A stretch of DNA of 63,902 nt, filler included, from Octopus bimaculoides (lineage: Eukaryota), in assembly GCF_001194135.2 (NCBI RefSeq). It is 7 parts of 7 records of this genome, joined end to end, with 100 filler letters (N's around TTAATTAATTAA, not from the genome) between each part and the next. Parts side by side here need not be neighbours in the genome. Positions count along the whole stretch, not along the records: positions 62,749 to 63,902 come from NW_026418808.1; 6 more parts are not named here. One strand, 5' to 3'. Every line of letters starts with the position of its first letter. Position 1 is the stretch's first letter. Position numbers and translations under genes: made by a program. The notes beneath the pieces are model-generated. The model did no database searches. It saw nothing but the letters and a program-made list of their open reading frames with translations, and was not told where the DNA came from. Positions 63,323 through 63,902 of the stretch are shown in pieces.

Positions 63323-63864
63323 GATACCAACATAAACAAATAGAGACCGAAAGGTGTAAAGCGGGTGAAAAAAGACTGGCGGAAACACAAAAGGAAGAGA
63401 GAAGAAAAAAAAACACAATACGAAATCTGAATAAGAATTGTTGAATATTGAAAAAAATAAAATGATAGAGTTGGAATAACGTGTTAATTAAGTTGAAAAT
63501 ATGGAGCAGAAAAATCATATGGATTTGTTTATAAGAAATAATAGAAAAGAAAAGGATAGAAAAGCGCCGGCGGTAATTTTCGGGAAAGACAGTCTCGTAT
63601 TTTGGAGAATTGAACAAATTAGAAAATAAATGAGTGACACTTAAACAGGAAGTTGGGGCGGTGTTGTACGGCCGTCTAGCTCAAGGGTACGGCTATCTCG
63701 TTGTGCACCGGATAGTGTGACTGCTGTTATATATGGAGTCATTAGAGAATTTAACTTGAATAGATTTTCTACCCAGTATTGTGTGACCTTTATAACATGC
63801 GTTTTTTTTTTTCAATACTTAAAACATACCGTGTTAGGTTTCGACTGTCGGTTCTATCTATCCG

Positions 63865-63902
<38 letters not shown>

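Noticed and set aside
63675-63730. GGCCGTCTAGCTCAAGGGT, an A-box-like tRNA start
   Set aside because: No B box or cloverleaf follows.

Overview
AT-rich eukaryotic non-coding DNA from a gapped draft assembly, with about 6 kb of N. The microsatellite load, the tRNA-derived SINE families and the LINE types point to a coleoid cephalopod, most likely Octopus (inference, not a database match). I found no convincing host gene and only one weak candidate exon; almost all ORFs in the track are microsatellite or N-gap artefacts. The window contains: many copies of about five SINE-like families; about 10 decayed fragments of R4/Dong-clade (RT plus restriction-like endonuclease) LINEs; one CR1-type RT fragment; one Penelope GIY-YIG fragment; an internally deleted Tc1/mariner element; MITE-like ends; and a tRNA-Thr-like pseudogene. 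Three observations stand out. (1) R4/Dong 3' ends are stacked head-to-tail, joined at (AAT)n/(TAG)n tails, consistent with serial microsatellite-targeted insertion. (2) There are several minimal type I hammerhead-ribozyme motifs with palindromic stem III, two of them built into long fold-back repeats. (3) There is a pri-miRNA-shaped hairpin near 62.5 kb. Repeat boundaries were read by eye and are approximate.
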